This document shows, in pieces, positions 27,501 through 39,818 of a DNA stretch of 64,000 bases. A program made the translations under genes and the position numbers. The stretch is from positions 150,051-214,050 of the forward strand of contig NMRA01000128.1 in assembly GCA_002633005.1 (NCBI GenBank). The letters run 5' to 3'. Every line of letters starts with the position of its first letter. Position 1 is the first letter of the stretch. The notes beneath the pieces are model-generated. The model was not told the DNA's origin. It saw nothing but the letters and a program-made list of their open reading frames with translations, and ran no database searches. Source of the DNA: Phoronis australis (Eukaryota; Animalia; Phoronida).

Positions 27501-30500
27501 AGTGCGGGTTTATTTACCTTTACTTCCAAGCTGGAAGTTGACAGTTTTCACACTGCTCACGTGCCCTTTGAAAACGCACAGCTTCTCTTTGCTCGTTACA
27601 TCCCAAAACGCCACAGTCTGATCACCGGATGCCGTCAACAATTTGTTGTCTTGTTGTGTCCAGGCAATATCAAACACAGCATTCGAGTGGGCCATCCAAT
27701 CTAAACAAATCAACATCACTTCATTCAATACAAACATTTCAGAATGACTTGTCTTAACAGCAGGAACACATTTCAAGTATTAAGATGCTTTACCGACGCA
27801 TCGATGTAAATTGCAAAAGTTAAGAAGAGGATTTCCATTAGCTTTGGTAGTTAACAAACGTCGAAGTATTTACTAGGTGGCGCTATGGGCATCAAAGTTA
27901 TTGAAAGGTGGCAGTAACATGAGCAGTCAACACATTGTTGACAACAGCACTGACTGACCCCAGCAAAAACCTTGGATAACATTAAAGACGCTTTGACGTT
28001 TCTGAGTTAAATCCACCTGTTTACTGTGAAGTAAACTTAACCTCATTGACAAGCTTGTGTACTTAGCTAAATATCTACAAAACTATAGATATTAAGTCAG
28101 CAATTTAGAAAGCCTTAGAATTTTAGTTTTTATTGTAGACAAATCTGTCGTTAATTTGGTCATGAAACATATTTTTAATGAAATTTATCAAAAAAAAATA
28201 ATAGCAAAACTACGGTATCGATAACACAACCAAATTTCATTTGATATAAATGTTCTAGATGAAATCTCAAAAACAATTTTCTAAACTATCATTTAGTTTT
28301 CACTTTTGCAAATTTTGTTGATTTTTCAAATAAACCATAGTCATATTTTTGATAACCCCTCAATAAAACGCTGAACATTTGAAAACAATTCCTTACAGGG
28401 TTTCTAGAACACAGCATAAAACGTATCTGGAAGTTTCATTTGAATCTGAACAGCCATTTCCGAGATATTATCTCTGAAGTTAACTTGGTCCATTTTTGCC
28501 AGGGCCTTACATAGCCTTTAGTGAGAACTCTTAAGCAAAAAAATAATTCATGACTTATTAATGCTATTTGATTAGGCATTCCCATAACAGACTAACCAAA
28601 GTTGTTTAAAATGTGAACTTAATTCCATATCAAGACTGACTAGCAATTGTCAAATCCTTTGCAAAACTGAGCAGGCTACGATTGCTAAGCTTTACCAACA
28701 GAAAAGACTTCTGCATACTATACCTCATATAGCACTTCTAGACAAAACTTAACTCGTCCCATCTCCAACTTACATGAACTAAGAGACTCGTCTCCATTCT
28801 TGTTCGTGTTGAACAAGCGGACACAGCCATCTTCATCAGCCACAGCAAGGACATGCTCAGCGCTGGGAACTGAAACAAAAGACAACTTTTCTGCCTGGAT
28901 GCACTCAACTATAGACACATTTATGAGGCACACTTGACATAGAACAGTTGACACGGAACAGCGGATCAGGCGCAAGTTTGTGTATAAACACCACCGACAC
29001 GGAGCAAATGACAATGCAGCAGCCATTTTTGACATCGGTTTCAAGGTACCTAAACTACATGGTCAACGGACTTATAAACACGGGCACGGACGCATGAACA
29101 CGACTCACGGACCTGAAAACACGGGACACGGACTCCGTTCACGAGGAAACACGGTTAACGGACCGCCAAACACGGGTCACGGACTCATCGGCTTCCTGGG
29201 TCAGCTGACGTCTCCATTTGTCCGTAAACTGTGTTTGGCGGTCCGTTAACCGTGTTTCCTCGGGAATATGAGTCCGTGTTCCGTGTATTTGGGTGCGTGG
29301 ATCGTGTTTTGTGAGTCCGTTCCCGTGTTTGTGAGTCAGTGGACGGTGTTTGCAGGTCCGTGAGTCGTGTTCATGCGTCCGTGGGCCGTGTTTATGAGTC
29401 CGTTAACCGTGTAGTTTAGGTACCTTGGGTTTGAGAGGAATAGAGCAACTTGCTCCAGTGTCAATTACATGTCTCAACACAAACTGAGGTACGGTGGAAC
29501 TCGTGGAAGGGATCATTCTTGATCGCACATGCTCAACAGCGTACATAAGGGACATCATATTGTTTTGTGTGATCATCACGGTTAATCTGAACACACGCAG
29601 ACTTTCGCATAATTGACTTACGGTGTAAATGCGACTGAAGTAGAGCAACTCGTGCTGTGTCAAGTGTTCCACGTGTGAAAACGTCTTATGTTCCGTACAT
29701 CTTCTGCGTACTTGATTGCCCTTTCTTATGCTGATTTAGTTTCACCATTAAATCAAATCGAAAGTGACCTATCATGTAATTCTCAATATTATCGAAAATA
29801 TCTCAGAAAACTGTAGCAGCGTTTTCGAGACTTCTGAATTTTTATATTAAAGAAAACTTGGACACGTTGATACTATGGTTTTGCTACCGCGGTACCTTCC
29901 TTTCTTGGCAAATTTTACTAAAAAAAACATGGTCACATGTCCTAGCTAATTAAATTTTACAGGCTTTCTATCTTCAAAAAATATACTTTAATTGAATTAA
30001 AATNCCCCCGCCGTAAGCCAGGGATAGGGGGAACCCGTGCCCTATTTTTTTAGGTCAACATCATGAATACTTGTGGCTGGCGTACCCATGGAGTATCTCT
30101 GGGATAGGGGAACCTCTTCCTAAACTTTTTAGGTCAAAATAAAACCCATAATGGGTGACATCCCATCCAACGTACTAGGTAATTTTAGAATCAGTAATAA
30201 CATACTACTTTGACATTGATCATCAGTTTTTCTTTTCTTTTCTTAAGGCAAACGTTTTTACTTATGGTACATTATGAAAAGGAACTGTGCATGACATGAA
30301 TAATAAAAAGTTCCGTCTGTGTAATTGTATTTTATCAAATGCGGGGGTTGAAAAAAGAGAAAGAAAGTATTTGGGTAATAATGTTTTGAAAATGGCTAAA
30401 AGTTTTCAGATGCTTTAGCCATTTTTCCTAATACCTTGAAAAGTGCGAGCCTAGCATAATATCCATGTTTCACAGCAATACCACCAGCCATTTCTGAAAT

Positions 30501-33500
30501 ATCATCTACCCAAGTCAACCAAAATCTGGACATTTTTCTGTGGTAGTACCTAACCTTAACAGGATTACCTAGACAGGACTTGTATAGCCTCATTTGGTGC
30601 AGGGTACAAGGCCCAGTGTTAAGACCAAAGCAGACAGTCTTTACTAAATAATGGAATTGGTAAGAGTACCTAACAAGTCACAGTGCTGAGACTTAAATTC
30701 ACAAGTACACAATATCCCTTCAACTCAAGTTTGAATGGACCTCATCAAACAATCAATTGTTGACTCTAGGAATAACCTCAAAGTGGCAAAGAGGAATTTA
30801 AGAACCCAAAATAGATTTATTACATAACATTAGGCAAGGTGAGGAAACCGCCACATGAATGTGTACACCATCTGTCACCAACCAAGACCAATAACAGTCC
30901 TTGTATACATCAACGGACTATTTAAACCATCACAGACACTCCACACTTGGAGTAGTAAATCACATGACCTCATCAATAGAATTTGGCTGTAGGTTTTGCG
31001 GCAAGACCATTTTCACCTTTTAGGTGGAAAAATTTTGTTCTATGAACTAAAGCTTTGATAGCTTGCTAAGAAAATGCAGTTATAGTACTGCCATACAAAG
31101 TACTTATGGATCACCTCCCTTGATAACGCTTAGTTCTAAAGTTTGACAATTTGCAAGGTGGCGGCCTACATCAAGTGTTGAACCTTACCTGTACAGAACT
31201 GACACGCGAATGGTGGCACCCAGGCCTGAAAACAAAAAAGATCAACTTCATAACAGTCACCATCAGAACTTATAACAGATGATTACAGATAACAAAGCAA
31301 ACATTACATCAACGCTGTTGGGTCAATGTTTTTGTAAAGAGAAAAACCAAGGCAATGCATACCTCAAGCATATTCACCTGATCTCTTTGTTATGTTGATT
31401 AAGCATTTTTGTCATATTACTCAGACACTGGGCAGTAGAGTAGCAGATTTAAGGCCTTTTCACACTAACTTAACTCTGGTATAAGAAGAGCATTGAAGTA
31501 AACTGAGAAGTAAATTTGAACTGTTCATACCAGCTTTGTTAGTTAATGGCATCAAAGTGAACAATGAGTGACACACTCATCATCAAAGTAATTGCAATGT
31601 AGTGCCGATGAATCCCTTGTGCAGCTTTTTTATGAGACAATTGAAGATCTTTTACAATCCAGGACCAAAGATAACCGTTCATACTGACCGCAACTCCCCA
31701 AAACATTGATGGATCGGCGTTAGTATAAAAGGGCCTTTAGTGAAACACACTACACTAGCATAAGCTACATACATATCTGTGTTAGAACCAGGCTTCGATG
31801 ATTCGTCTGTTATTTCACACAAAAAAGAAACACCAATATTGTCATTTCCCAATTCTTTAAAAGGATAACTACCATGCTTCAAATAATAGCTATTTGATCG
31901 AGTGTAGTTAAACAGTGCAAAACGTGTTGAGAATGGTGGAGTTTTATTTTGTCACGAAATTTGACAAAATTTCACCTTTCTGTCAGTGCCTCATAGTGAA
32001 GTGTGAATAATTACCATAACAGCAAGGGGGCGCTAGACCACTGCTGTTTCACTAAATTTCATGAGTTAGCCACCAGTTCACAACTTTAATATCCTTATCA
32101 GTATACACTCCTTTTTCATGAGACGTAAAACAAACACTAATGTTCACCCTAAAATACTGTTTTTTACACAGGTCAGGTCTTATAAAATGAAGTAACTCTC
32201 ACACAATCAATAAGTTTAATTAGATAGGTGAAAGAAAGGTACTTAAAATGACCATGAGTATAAAAGCTATTACAGGAGTTAGTGTCTGCTGTCAGTGCAA
32301 AACATCACGAAAGGTCAAGTGCATTATTGGCTTGCACCATTTGGACAAGACAGTAATATTTCGATAAACAACTGACTGTGTATATAGAGCACACAATAAA
32401 AGTACTTCTTTGTCTTAACTAATTTAGCTTTGCACATTTGTAATGGTCTAAAATTTCTCACAATAATTATCTGGCACATGTAACCAGGACACACAGAGCA
32501 GAAATGTTTAAGTATCTTTTCTATTTTAAAATTTCAAAACTAAATCTTCAGTAGGCCTACTATGTAGTTCAACAGTAGTGACAATATTGACAGACCTTGG
32601 CTGCACGTCAAAAGTTCTCAACTGGTCAAAATACTTCAGAAAAACTACCAAAGCGATAAAACAATGCTGTTTATAAAATCCGTGATAAGTTGGTCCCAAT
32701 AGACGTGGTTACTCGGAGGTGTGCAGGACCTGTTTCTAAGCATCAAATCTGCATTTATTTGCTCTGTTATCAAGAGTACCAAGGTGTACAGACCCAGGCA
32801 GAACAAACACGCCTTTCATGGACCAGGACAAAGCGTGAAATGCCTTGACAGAAAATCGATACTGCTTGACAAGAGTGGAGAGCAGGTACAGCCCAACACA
32901 CTTGTTGATTCAAGCTGAATGCCAACAGTTTAACCATAGATAATTGGATGTTTAGCTTAATGGGATGGTGGCAAGCCATTTTTATAAGCTCAACACTCAA
33001 CAATGTCCTTGATTGACTTGAATGTGTTCAACTGAGCAGTTGAACCTTTATCACTTTAAAACAAAATATTACCTGTCATGAAAACCACATTTTTAGATCC
33101 ACAGCAGATTCCATAACACAACCCGTGAATGAGTTGCAGAGAGTGAGGGTTGACGATCCCCACTTTAAATGACTGTGAGATTGGCCTGGCTAGGTTGTTA
33201 TATGAGATGTTTCATTGTTTGACCTTGTTCCCTTCATTCTTAAGTAGGTAATGTAGTGAGCCATATGAATGAGGCATTACACACAGCCAGTTAAGAGATC
33301 CAATAGCGACAGAATAAAGGGGCTATTAATACCCACAGGAGGTGAACTGAAAACTTTGTGTGAGTAACACTGGCCAGGAAAATAATGACCAATCTCTGCT
33401 GGTTAGATAATCAAACTTTCAACTTAATGAACAACCCAGTTTCTTACAAGACAGAGCTAGCGTACCATACACGATTCCCTTAAACCATCATAAACTACAA

Positions 33501-36500
33501 GAAAAAACGCTGCATCAAAATTGACAAAATTAAAACTCATCAAACAGTTAACAACTACTCTCACATTCTTTTATCCGGCTGGACTTGAAAGACAACGCAA
33601 CTGGAGGTCAACGTGAATATAAAACGACACATGGCAGGTGAGACCTGGTGATTTATGAGCCCAATACTCCACTTTGTTAGGACCCACAAATACACCCAGG
33701 TACATTCACATAAATGCCACTTACCTCTTCTTCCCAACTTTCAAATATGTGCTGCTGGTCTTTCAAACACACAAACTTTTCCAAAAGGCCTTTGCAAGTC
33801 CAGGTGTAGCCTGAAATTGCACCAGTAACTAACAGTTGTATCCAGGTGCGCTGTGCATTTAAAACAACAAAATACTAACGTTTCCACAAGACACAATCAA
33901 AGCTTATATAACATCCATGGTGTTCTTGTTTGATTCTTTGAAGGGTTAGAGGAACTACCTGGCAGAGTGCCAGCTCTACATAAAGATAGTCACATTGACA
34001 GACAGTAACCAAAGGGTACTAGTCAAATCCAGTCTACAGCCTTCACAGAATATCCACTCAACTCATAATTCACAATACCAACCAGTTTAAAGCAAAAAAA
34101 GCAACAGGGCACCGGTTAAAATAATGAATATCCTCTCGATAAAAAACTTCAAGACATGCCTTATGTCTACATCCAAAACGATGTTAAGAAAGCAACTCTG
34201 GTTCAAATTATTCACCCACGACAGGAATTGCAATCTCATTCTTATACCATACTTCAGTCAATGTCAAACCAATACTGGAGAACTGGTTTAGGACATATCA
34301 ACCTGATCTCCGACTCCAGCTACAAAATACCCTAGTTATATTGTAACTCGATCCCTGTGTACAATCATGTCTCCAATATTAGCTATGTGGAAAATGGTAA
34401 ACTTTTGGTACAATTGCAGGGAAAATTAATTTTGAATTAGTTTGTAATACAGATAACATGCACATTTGTTTCACAAGAATTCCTAATATCATTTTTCCCT
34501 CAAGATCCCAATTAAGTATTTTTTTGTAATGTGCAGTTTGTTTTGCGAAGTGTGTTATAGTTTACAATTTGCCGATTCACATTTAAAGGGAATTTTCCCT
34601 TTTACGGCTGAAAAACACATGTTTAGGTCTAGGATTGTAGTTGGAACAGAACTCTCAAAGTTGACCAGGATTATGAAACAAAAAACAACACTCACCGATG
34701 TCTGCTTGCAATTCACTGAAATCATGGCTGGTGACTTGGCCAGATAAATATTGTAAACATTCGGGTTAACACCCTGGGCGGTTAAATTTTCGAACCCAAA
34801 AATTTGGGGGGTGGGTGGTTAACCAGACATGGGCCATTAAATGCGAAATTTCAAGAAATTGCCGGTGGGCGGTTAACCGAACATGGCCGCTTATTATGAC
34901 AGACAACCACCCTGGGCGGTTAATCTCACATCACGATCCGAGTCCCCACAGGTATTGGGAACGCGTAACACTTGCAAAGAGCCTTATCGTCATGAAATAC
35001 GTACCCTGCGCACTCTAACTAACACAGTTTCGAATTTGTGGACAGTGGTCAAGTTCTGAATGTTTGTATAGAAAGTATGCTGCATAGTTCAGCACCTCAG
35101 ATAAGAACGATTATTGCGAATTCTACTCTTAATTTCACTATACTTCGCAGACATTGGTGAACATGTTCACCAACGCAGCAGGCGGTAGCTGCGCTGTCAT
35201 TTTAACCCAGTTGTAGTGATGCGCTGACCCATTTTTCCTGTTTGATTAGTGCGCACGTGCAAGCTTCACGTGTTGCAGAGGTCACAGCATAGATTAAATT
35301 TATGGTTGAAGTCCTGAGTGCTAGCTGTCCAAGTTCTGAGCAAAAAAGCAGTTTTAATATTAGTTGTAATATAAGTTTGAAAACTTCATTCAGATTTAAT
35401 TGTTTTTAGCGCTTGTGATGCTCATGTTCGAGACTCCATGACTCAATGAATTTGTTAAGGTATGGTTTACATGCGGCTGTCTTATTCCGGCGCTGCGCAC
35501 TTCCCGTAGCGCGAAACATGCTACGGTACACAATGACAACAAAAATAGCAGGCAAGCGGACATGAGACAGTTGTCAATCAAAACATAACGTACTCGTCCA
35601 GGTTACCACCCATTTTCAATTTTTCATTTTTAAGCGCCCATGCTCGGCTTACCGCCTACCCCCAATTTTTTATGATTGTGACCTCCTTAAAAGTGTGTGT
35701 GCTTTTTTGAACGTTTGTTTCGCAAAACTAAGATTCCAAAACATGCGCAACTCGCTTTTAAACCTTTCAATGACAATCAATCAGTTTTAGTGGAACCGGA
35801 AACTTGCTTTACTATGGTGGTAAAATACCCGTATTCTCATGCACTTTACTGAAGGACACAATTGTTTCCTTTGGCTCACGCACGGAACTCATGTCAGCAT
35901 GTACTGATCATTGAGACAGCACTTGTCGAATGTATTTCATTGCCATGATAGAACCAACAAAGCGGTACTTGAAAAGAATTTCAAGTCCGTGGTCTACCTT
36001 TCTGGATTCCCCATGACAGTACACGAAACATCACCACCCTGAGCAATGAAATAAAAAAAAACACAAGCGCACTCGGCTGGTTCATGACCAACGATTTTGG
36101 AAACTTCACCGACATTATTTTGGACGCAATGTTTTGAATACAAGCAGATACGGACCATTGTTCCGTGTCTTTTTTAAACGCATGTTTTTAATGACTCAGT
36201 CGTGACCCCAAAATGGAAGTGCCCAACCAAAAGCAAAAGCGCAAGAAATCAAATTGTAATTAAGCGCAAGTCGAACATTCTATCCACATTTATATGGTCA
36301 AAAACTTATTTTTTGAACTCTTGATTTGCCTGTTGACTTTTTACATAATTGCGTATTTGCTTTTTTATATGTGATTATGCTTCATTATTTTCGCAGCCGA
36401 CTGACCACCCCCATTGCTTAATAGTAGTATGGTGATTGTTGAGTAGTGCTTTGATGAATTCTGGGAGGTGGGTGTTGACTGTTCAATACAGAAATATACA

Positions 36501-39418
36501 GACAATGTATACAAAATGTTACATTGTTCGAACTAGGTTCAAAGTATTTAGAAGAAAGACCAGCTGTCAATCATTAGCACGTTTTGTTGCAGCACATCTT
36601 TACAAAATCACCTGCTTCCCCTAGCAATACATGACGATCTAGCGTAGTCTTGCGTGATCTTGCTTTTCTCTCAAGAAACTTGTCCTACTGAAGGCACGTC
36701 TATCTGTCAGAATGCCTTAGTTCCAAGACAAGACGAGCAGAGACCGAGGTACATAAAGACCCAATCATGCTCGGGACCACGGTGCCACTGTATTGTGTGC
36801 GCTATTTCACTTCAGCCCGTCGAAGTCTGTTACTTCAATCCACAAACGTATATTTTAATTGACACGTTTGAAGTCCAACGTCAGTGTAGCTCAGTAAGGG
36901 TAAAATCGGTCCTTTGTAGAGTAAGCACCCACTCCCGACTTTTCAAAAATTTTGATTTTAACCGCCCATGCTCGGCTTACCGCCCACCCCGTTTTTTAGA
37001 TTCCCAATTTAAGCACCCTAGGTGGTAACCTGGACGACCGCAACATCATTACTCAAGAACAAGTACTTGCTTAAGATTTTATTTTAAAAAAAATACTAAT
37101 AACTTTGACTGAAGTCCGAGGGAAAATTAGTTTGTACACGCAAGGTGTCGGTAAAAATAATTCATAGACAAAGTCCGAATTATTCGGCACCCCTGTTTTG
37201 CTATGCGACTAGTGACGACATCTAACCAGCAATGCGTCCTTACCAGCCTCCCATTCAGTAACGCTAGGATCTTGCTAAAAAGCAATACTTCGCGAGATTA
37301 CATGAGATATTGCCATGTATTTAGAATAAAAGTATGTGACTTTGGCTAGATTTTAGCCAAGACCTAGAGTAGTTCCTAGCGTTACTGAACGCAAGCCTGT
37401 ATCGAAAGACAGACATCCTTGATAACTCGGCACTTACATGCATCAAAATAGAGAGAATTTAACACCTTTTTTTAGTTATGGGAATTCTTGAAAATCCGAG
37501 AGCTTCCAACCTAAAGCTTATTGAGAGGGTTGGCAAAACCACTGTCTAGGCATTTCTCTGGCCTGATTATTTTGAATATATGTTTTATCTAGTGCACTGC
37601 AGTCAGAAACTCAGTGCAGCAGACAGCGTGGCTGAAAGTGGAGGTATTGATGCGGGCATACCTCTTGTTCCTGCAATCCAAAAGAGCACTATACTCTCGA
37701 TTACAAACATGAAATTTGAACAGGATGTAGTTTAGATGCGGGCACACCTTCTCAAGTTCTTTTCTCGAAGCCAAGGCCAAGTTTTCATGGCGAGTTTTCG
37801 ATTGTCCAGAAAGCCAAATTGGGAGATTCATGTTTTTACAGTTGCANTTTCCCAAATGGTCTTTTGTCTACTTTCTGATGTTTTTGCCACGATACGATCT
37901 AATAGTACATGGGTGGCACCGCAGCACTGAAAAAAGTGGGGTTATAGTCTCCACCTGCACCCTATCAAGCCAGTGTTTTCTACAACTTGTTTTGACTTGT
38001 CGCTGCATCGAGTTTGAATTTTACCATGACGAGTTTGGCTCACTTGCGTAGAGTTTAAGTATTGGGAGATTTAGTCATTTCTTAAGCAAATTAGGAAATT
38101 TTGGACTTTTGGTACCAGTTCAATGTATTTATTTCAAACTCCCCACAGTATAAGACTTGAACACATGTACATGAATGTTGAAATTCAAGTTGAGTTTGAA
38201 TTTTCTGCCGAGACCACTGCATGCTATGATGTGCTGCCCATGTAGTAGTACTCAGGGGCATATCCAGAATTTTTGGTTAGGAGGGGGGGGGGCAGGACAA
38301 AGTATTAGGTACGATTTTACCTGTAAGATATTTGCACCCTTGAACTGCCAAATGAAATCTGAGCGAGTTTTAGGGGGGCCTTAGTCCCCTTGCCCTCCCC
38401 CAAAATCCACCAATGTCTTGTAGTATGATGTGAAATTTCCTCCTAGCTCAGGTGCATTTATTTCTAAGCTGATGTGTTGTCTTTGCTCTTTTCCTTTTAA
38501 GCTGTGTAATCCATTGCTTTCATCTAACATGGGGTTGATGCTCCTGTTCCATTTACTAACAAAACACTTAAAACACCAATATCTCAGTAGAAATTGATCC
38601 AAATTGAATATAATACATACCACCATGTTCGTCTGAATGAGACAAATCTTTTGATATGCAGCGCATGTATATTCTTTTATTTTTTACGAAATTATGTAGA
38701 AAGGCAGATATTTTACGCATGTTCGTCGCGTTTCAATGGCCATTTTCTTCGTAACCACTCACCCAATTTTTATGATTTTAACACCATTTCATTTCTCACA
38801 CCAAGGGCTTTTCAAAAATGTATGACATGTGGCAATCTAAAAAAATTTAAAAAACGTCCTCCCTAGTATTTGTCGAGTTGTAAGACATGGACGGCCTCCT
38901 AGGCTAAGCTAAGGTGCCTATGCGCAAAAGGTAATTATAACAATGTGACTTAGATGTTTTAATCAGTGAGAGGCTTAATTCGTCAAAAAGCTGCCGGCGT
39001 ATGAAACGCTTTGGAGCTTCACCATCCAGACAGTCGAGACGTGGGCACTGTCTGTCCGTTGTCCTCCCTATCATTAGTCAAGTCGAACGAGTGTTTGTAG
39101 TGTAAATTTCAGGGAACAGTCACTGTCCATCCAGGGCATAAATTTTTACCTTTACAAGTGTTTTTTAGCTCAGTGAATGTTTAAAAACGTGATCATTTGC
39201 TTAATCACGATATTGCATGCTTAAATCAAGAATTCCAAAAATACCTATTCCAAGTTCACGCACGACATTGAACACCTCGTGGTGACGATTGCTGTGCACT
39301 GGAGTAGCCTAGATAATATACGATATATTTGACACATTAATTTACACACTTTTGACTTACCCAGTCTAGCGGGGAAGTAGCCGAATTCCCTTGCTCTGAG
39401 ATCGTACAATGACTGCAT
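15505..39418 (-). CDS. DTL: Denticleless/CDT2, WD40 substrate receptor of the CRL4 E3 ligase, 695 aa, 13 coding exons
   Basis: Exons 39418-39361 (MQSLYDLRAREFG), 33810-33725, 31225-31189 (AWVPPFACQFCT), 28869-28774 (EHVLAVADEDGCVRLFNT), 27700-27518 (WMAHSNAVFDIAW...TASGDQT), 26290-26225 (FASGSRDGHIMVWDSRC), 23123-22946, 22490-22387 (IKVWDLRKNY), 21779-21675, 17908-17706 (FYVKAAVSPDDQYLLSGSSD), 17343-17232, 16677-15887, 15573-15505 (RTILTYF, PIP box). All are GT-AG with consistent phases (2088 nt). Confidence 0.95.
18775..19154 (-). mobile_element. 5'-truncated non-LTR retrotransposon 3' end (copy 1)
   Basis: ORF 18877-19122 carries the ORF2 C-terminal Cys/His motif RICGICCLGEIEDEPHFICRCP. 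The 3' UTR has the hairpin GTAGGCAAAGCCTAC, AATAAA and a (TTA)n tail. Confidence 0.75.
19109..19454. repeat. 46-bp tandem repeat, about 7.5 copies, ending at an N
   Basis: Unit CTAGGAATACCCATATGTCTCCCTTTCTCTATATTAAGTGAGTGAC at 19109, 19155, 19201, 19247, 19293, 19339, 19385 and 19431. It is derived from the LINE coding sequence. Confidence 0.9.
19731..20255 (-). mobile_element. 5'-truncated non-LTR retrotransposon 3' end (copy 2)
   Basis: ORF 19785-20255 (...AQFRCSCHSLNIEKGRHMGIPRGERICGICCLGEIEDEPHF) with a (TTA)n tail. Near-duplicate of copy 1. Confidence 0.75.
20319..20376 (-). ncRNA. mir-92: pre-miR-92 hairpin 4 (3p GAUUGCACUUGUCCCGGCCUUU at 20340-20319)
   Basis: The 3p arm matches miR-92 (AUUGCACUUGUCCCGGCCU). 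The 5p arm AGGUUGUGAUUAUUGCAAUACU pairs with it, and the basal stem is ACACUGUA/UACAGUGU. Confidence 0.93.
20494..20810. repeat. Degenerate 45-46 bp minisatellite, about 7 copies, inside the miR-92 cluster
   Basis: Units starting CAGTCAACTTGGCCCAGGGA at 20494, 20540, 20585, 20631, 20677, 20723 and 20769. Confidence 0.8.
20999..21057 (-). ncRNA. mir-92: pre-miR-92 hairpin 3 (3p AAUUGCACUUGUCCCGGCCUAC at 21020-20999)
   Basis: miR-92 mature sequence, paired with the 5p arm AGGCCGUGUCAGGAGCAAUAUU. Confidence 0.93.
21222..21285 (-). ncRNA. mir-92: pre-miR-92 hairpin 2 (3p AAUUGCACUUGUCCCGGCCUGC at 21243-21222)
   Basis: miR-92 mature sequence, 5p arm AGGCGGGUUCGAGUGCAGUAGU, and basal stem GUUGCGCACA/UGUGCGCAGC. 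Confidence 0.93.
21483..21540 (-). ncRNA. mir-92: pre-miR-92 hairpin 1 (3p AAUUGCACUUGUCCCGGCCUAG at 21504-21483)
   Basis: miR-92 mature sequence. The 5p arm AGGUUGGUAUGGGUGCAAUAUU resembles vertebrate miR-92a-5p (AGGUUGG...). Confidence 0.93.
23186..23454. mobile_element. MITE
   Basis: TIRs CAGGGGATGGAAATGATTCC and GGGATCGTTTCTATCCCCTG, an internal IR (CTAAAACTTCAGTACTG / CAGTACTGGAGTTTAG), and similar flanks AAGAG and AAGAA. Confidence 0.6.
23694..23955. repeat. About 90-bp tandem repeat, 3 copies
   Basis: Unit starting ACAGTTCACTAAAGGACCAACAAACAAATCACTGACACCCCACTCGTGGG. Confidence 0.75.
24310..24592. repeat. About 145-bp tandem duplication containing (GAT)n-like runs
   Basis: ACTTGGCGAAATTAAC...GTAAGAAATAGGCTACAGTCTT occurs twice. 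Confidence 0.7.
29042..29427. mobile_element. Foldback or palindromic MITE in DTL intron 3
   Basis: CAAGGTACCTAAACTACATGGTCAACGGACTTATAAACACGGGCACGGACGCATGAACACGACTCACGGACCTG is mirrored at the right end. Internal CACGG subrepeats. Confidence 0.8.
35594..37037. mobile_element. Non-autonomous DNA transposon in DTL intron 1
   Basis: TIRs TCGTCCAGGTTACCACC and GGTGGTAACCTGGACGA, with the subterminal direct repeat CGCCCATGCTCGGCTTACCGCC near both ends. Confidence 0.65.
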
Positions 39419-39818
39419 CGTTCAAAGATATCTTAATCCAACATTGTAAACTTTATCGCACTTAGAGGTACGACAGAGTTCACTAACTTTCTGTCGCGGC
39501 TGCATCAACTTCGGCTACGCGCCAAAGTGACGTCACGGTTTCTTTGGAAATCTTCAGTTTTTGTTTAGAAAGAATTCGTTAATTTAGTTAACCTTATGAA
39601 TAGATAGCACAGTTTGACTGCCGTTTTTTTTTGTTTTCAATGTTTTGAAGAAACTTAATTCTCGACCGAATGAGATTGTGCGTTGCTAGCCGCCATTATT
39701 CTTTTGAGAGGGATGTTGAACTGATGTAGGGTCATTTATCAGACAACATCTCTGTTGTGTGGTATCATTGTAACTATCTTATTGTTGTACGTTACTCCTT
39801 ATTGTCAAATCTTCAAAG
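39419..39818. promoter_or_regulatory. Bidirectional DTL/CCT4 promoter and 5' UTR region with an E2F site and a CRE
   Basis: Divergent ATGs 400 bp apart. GCGCCAAA (reverse complement TTTGGCGC, E2F consensus) at 39519-39526 abuts the palindrome GTGACGTCAC at 39527-39536. Confidence 0.7.
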
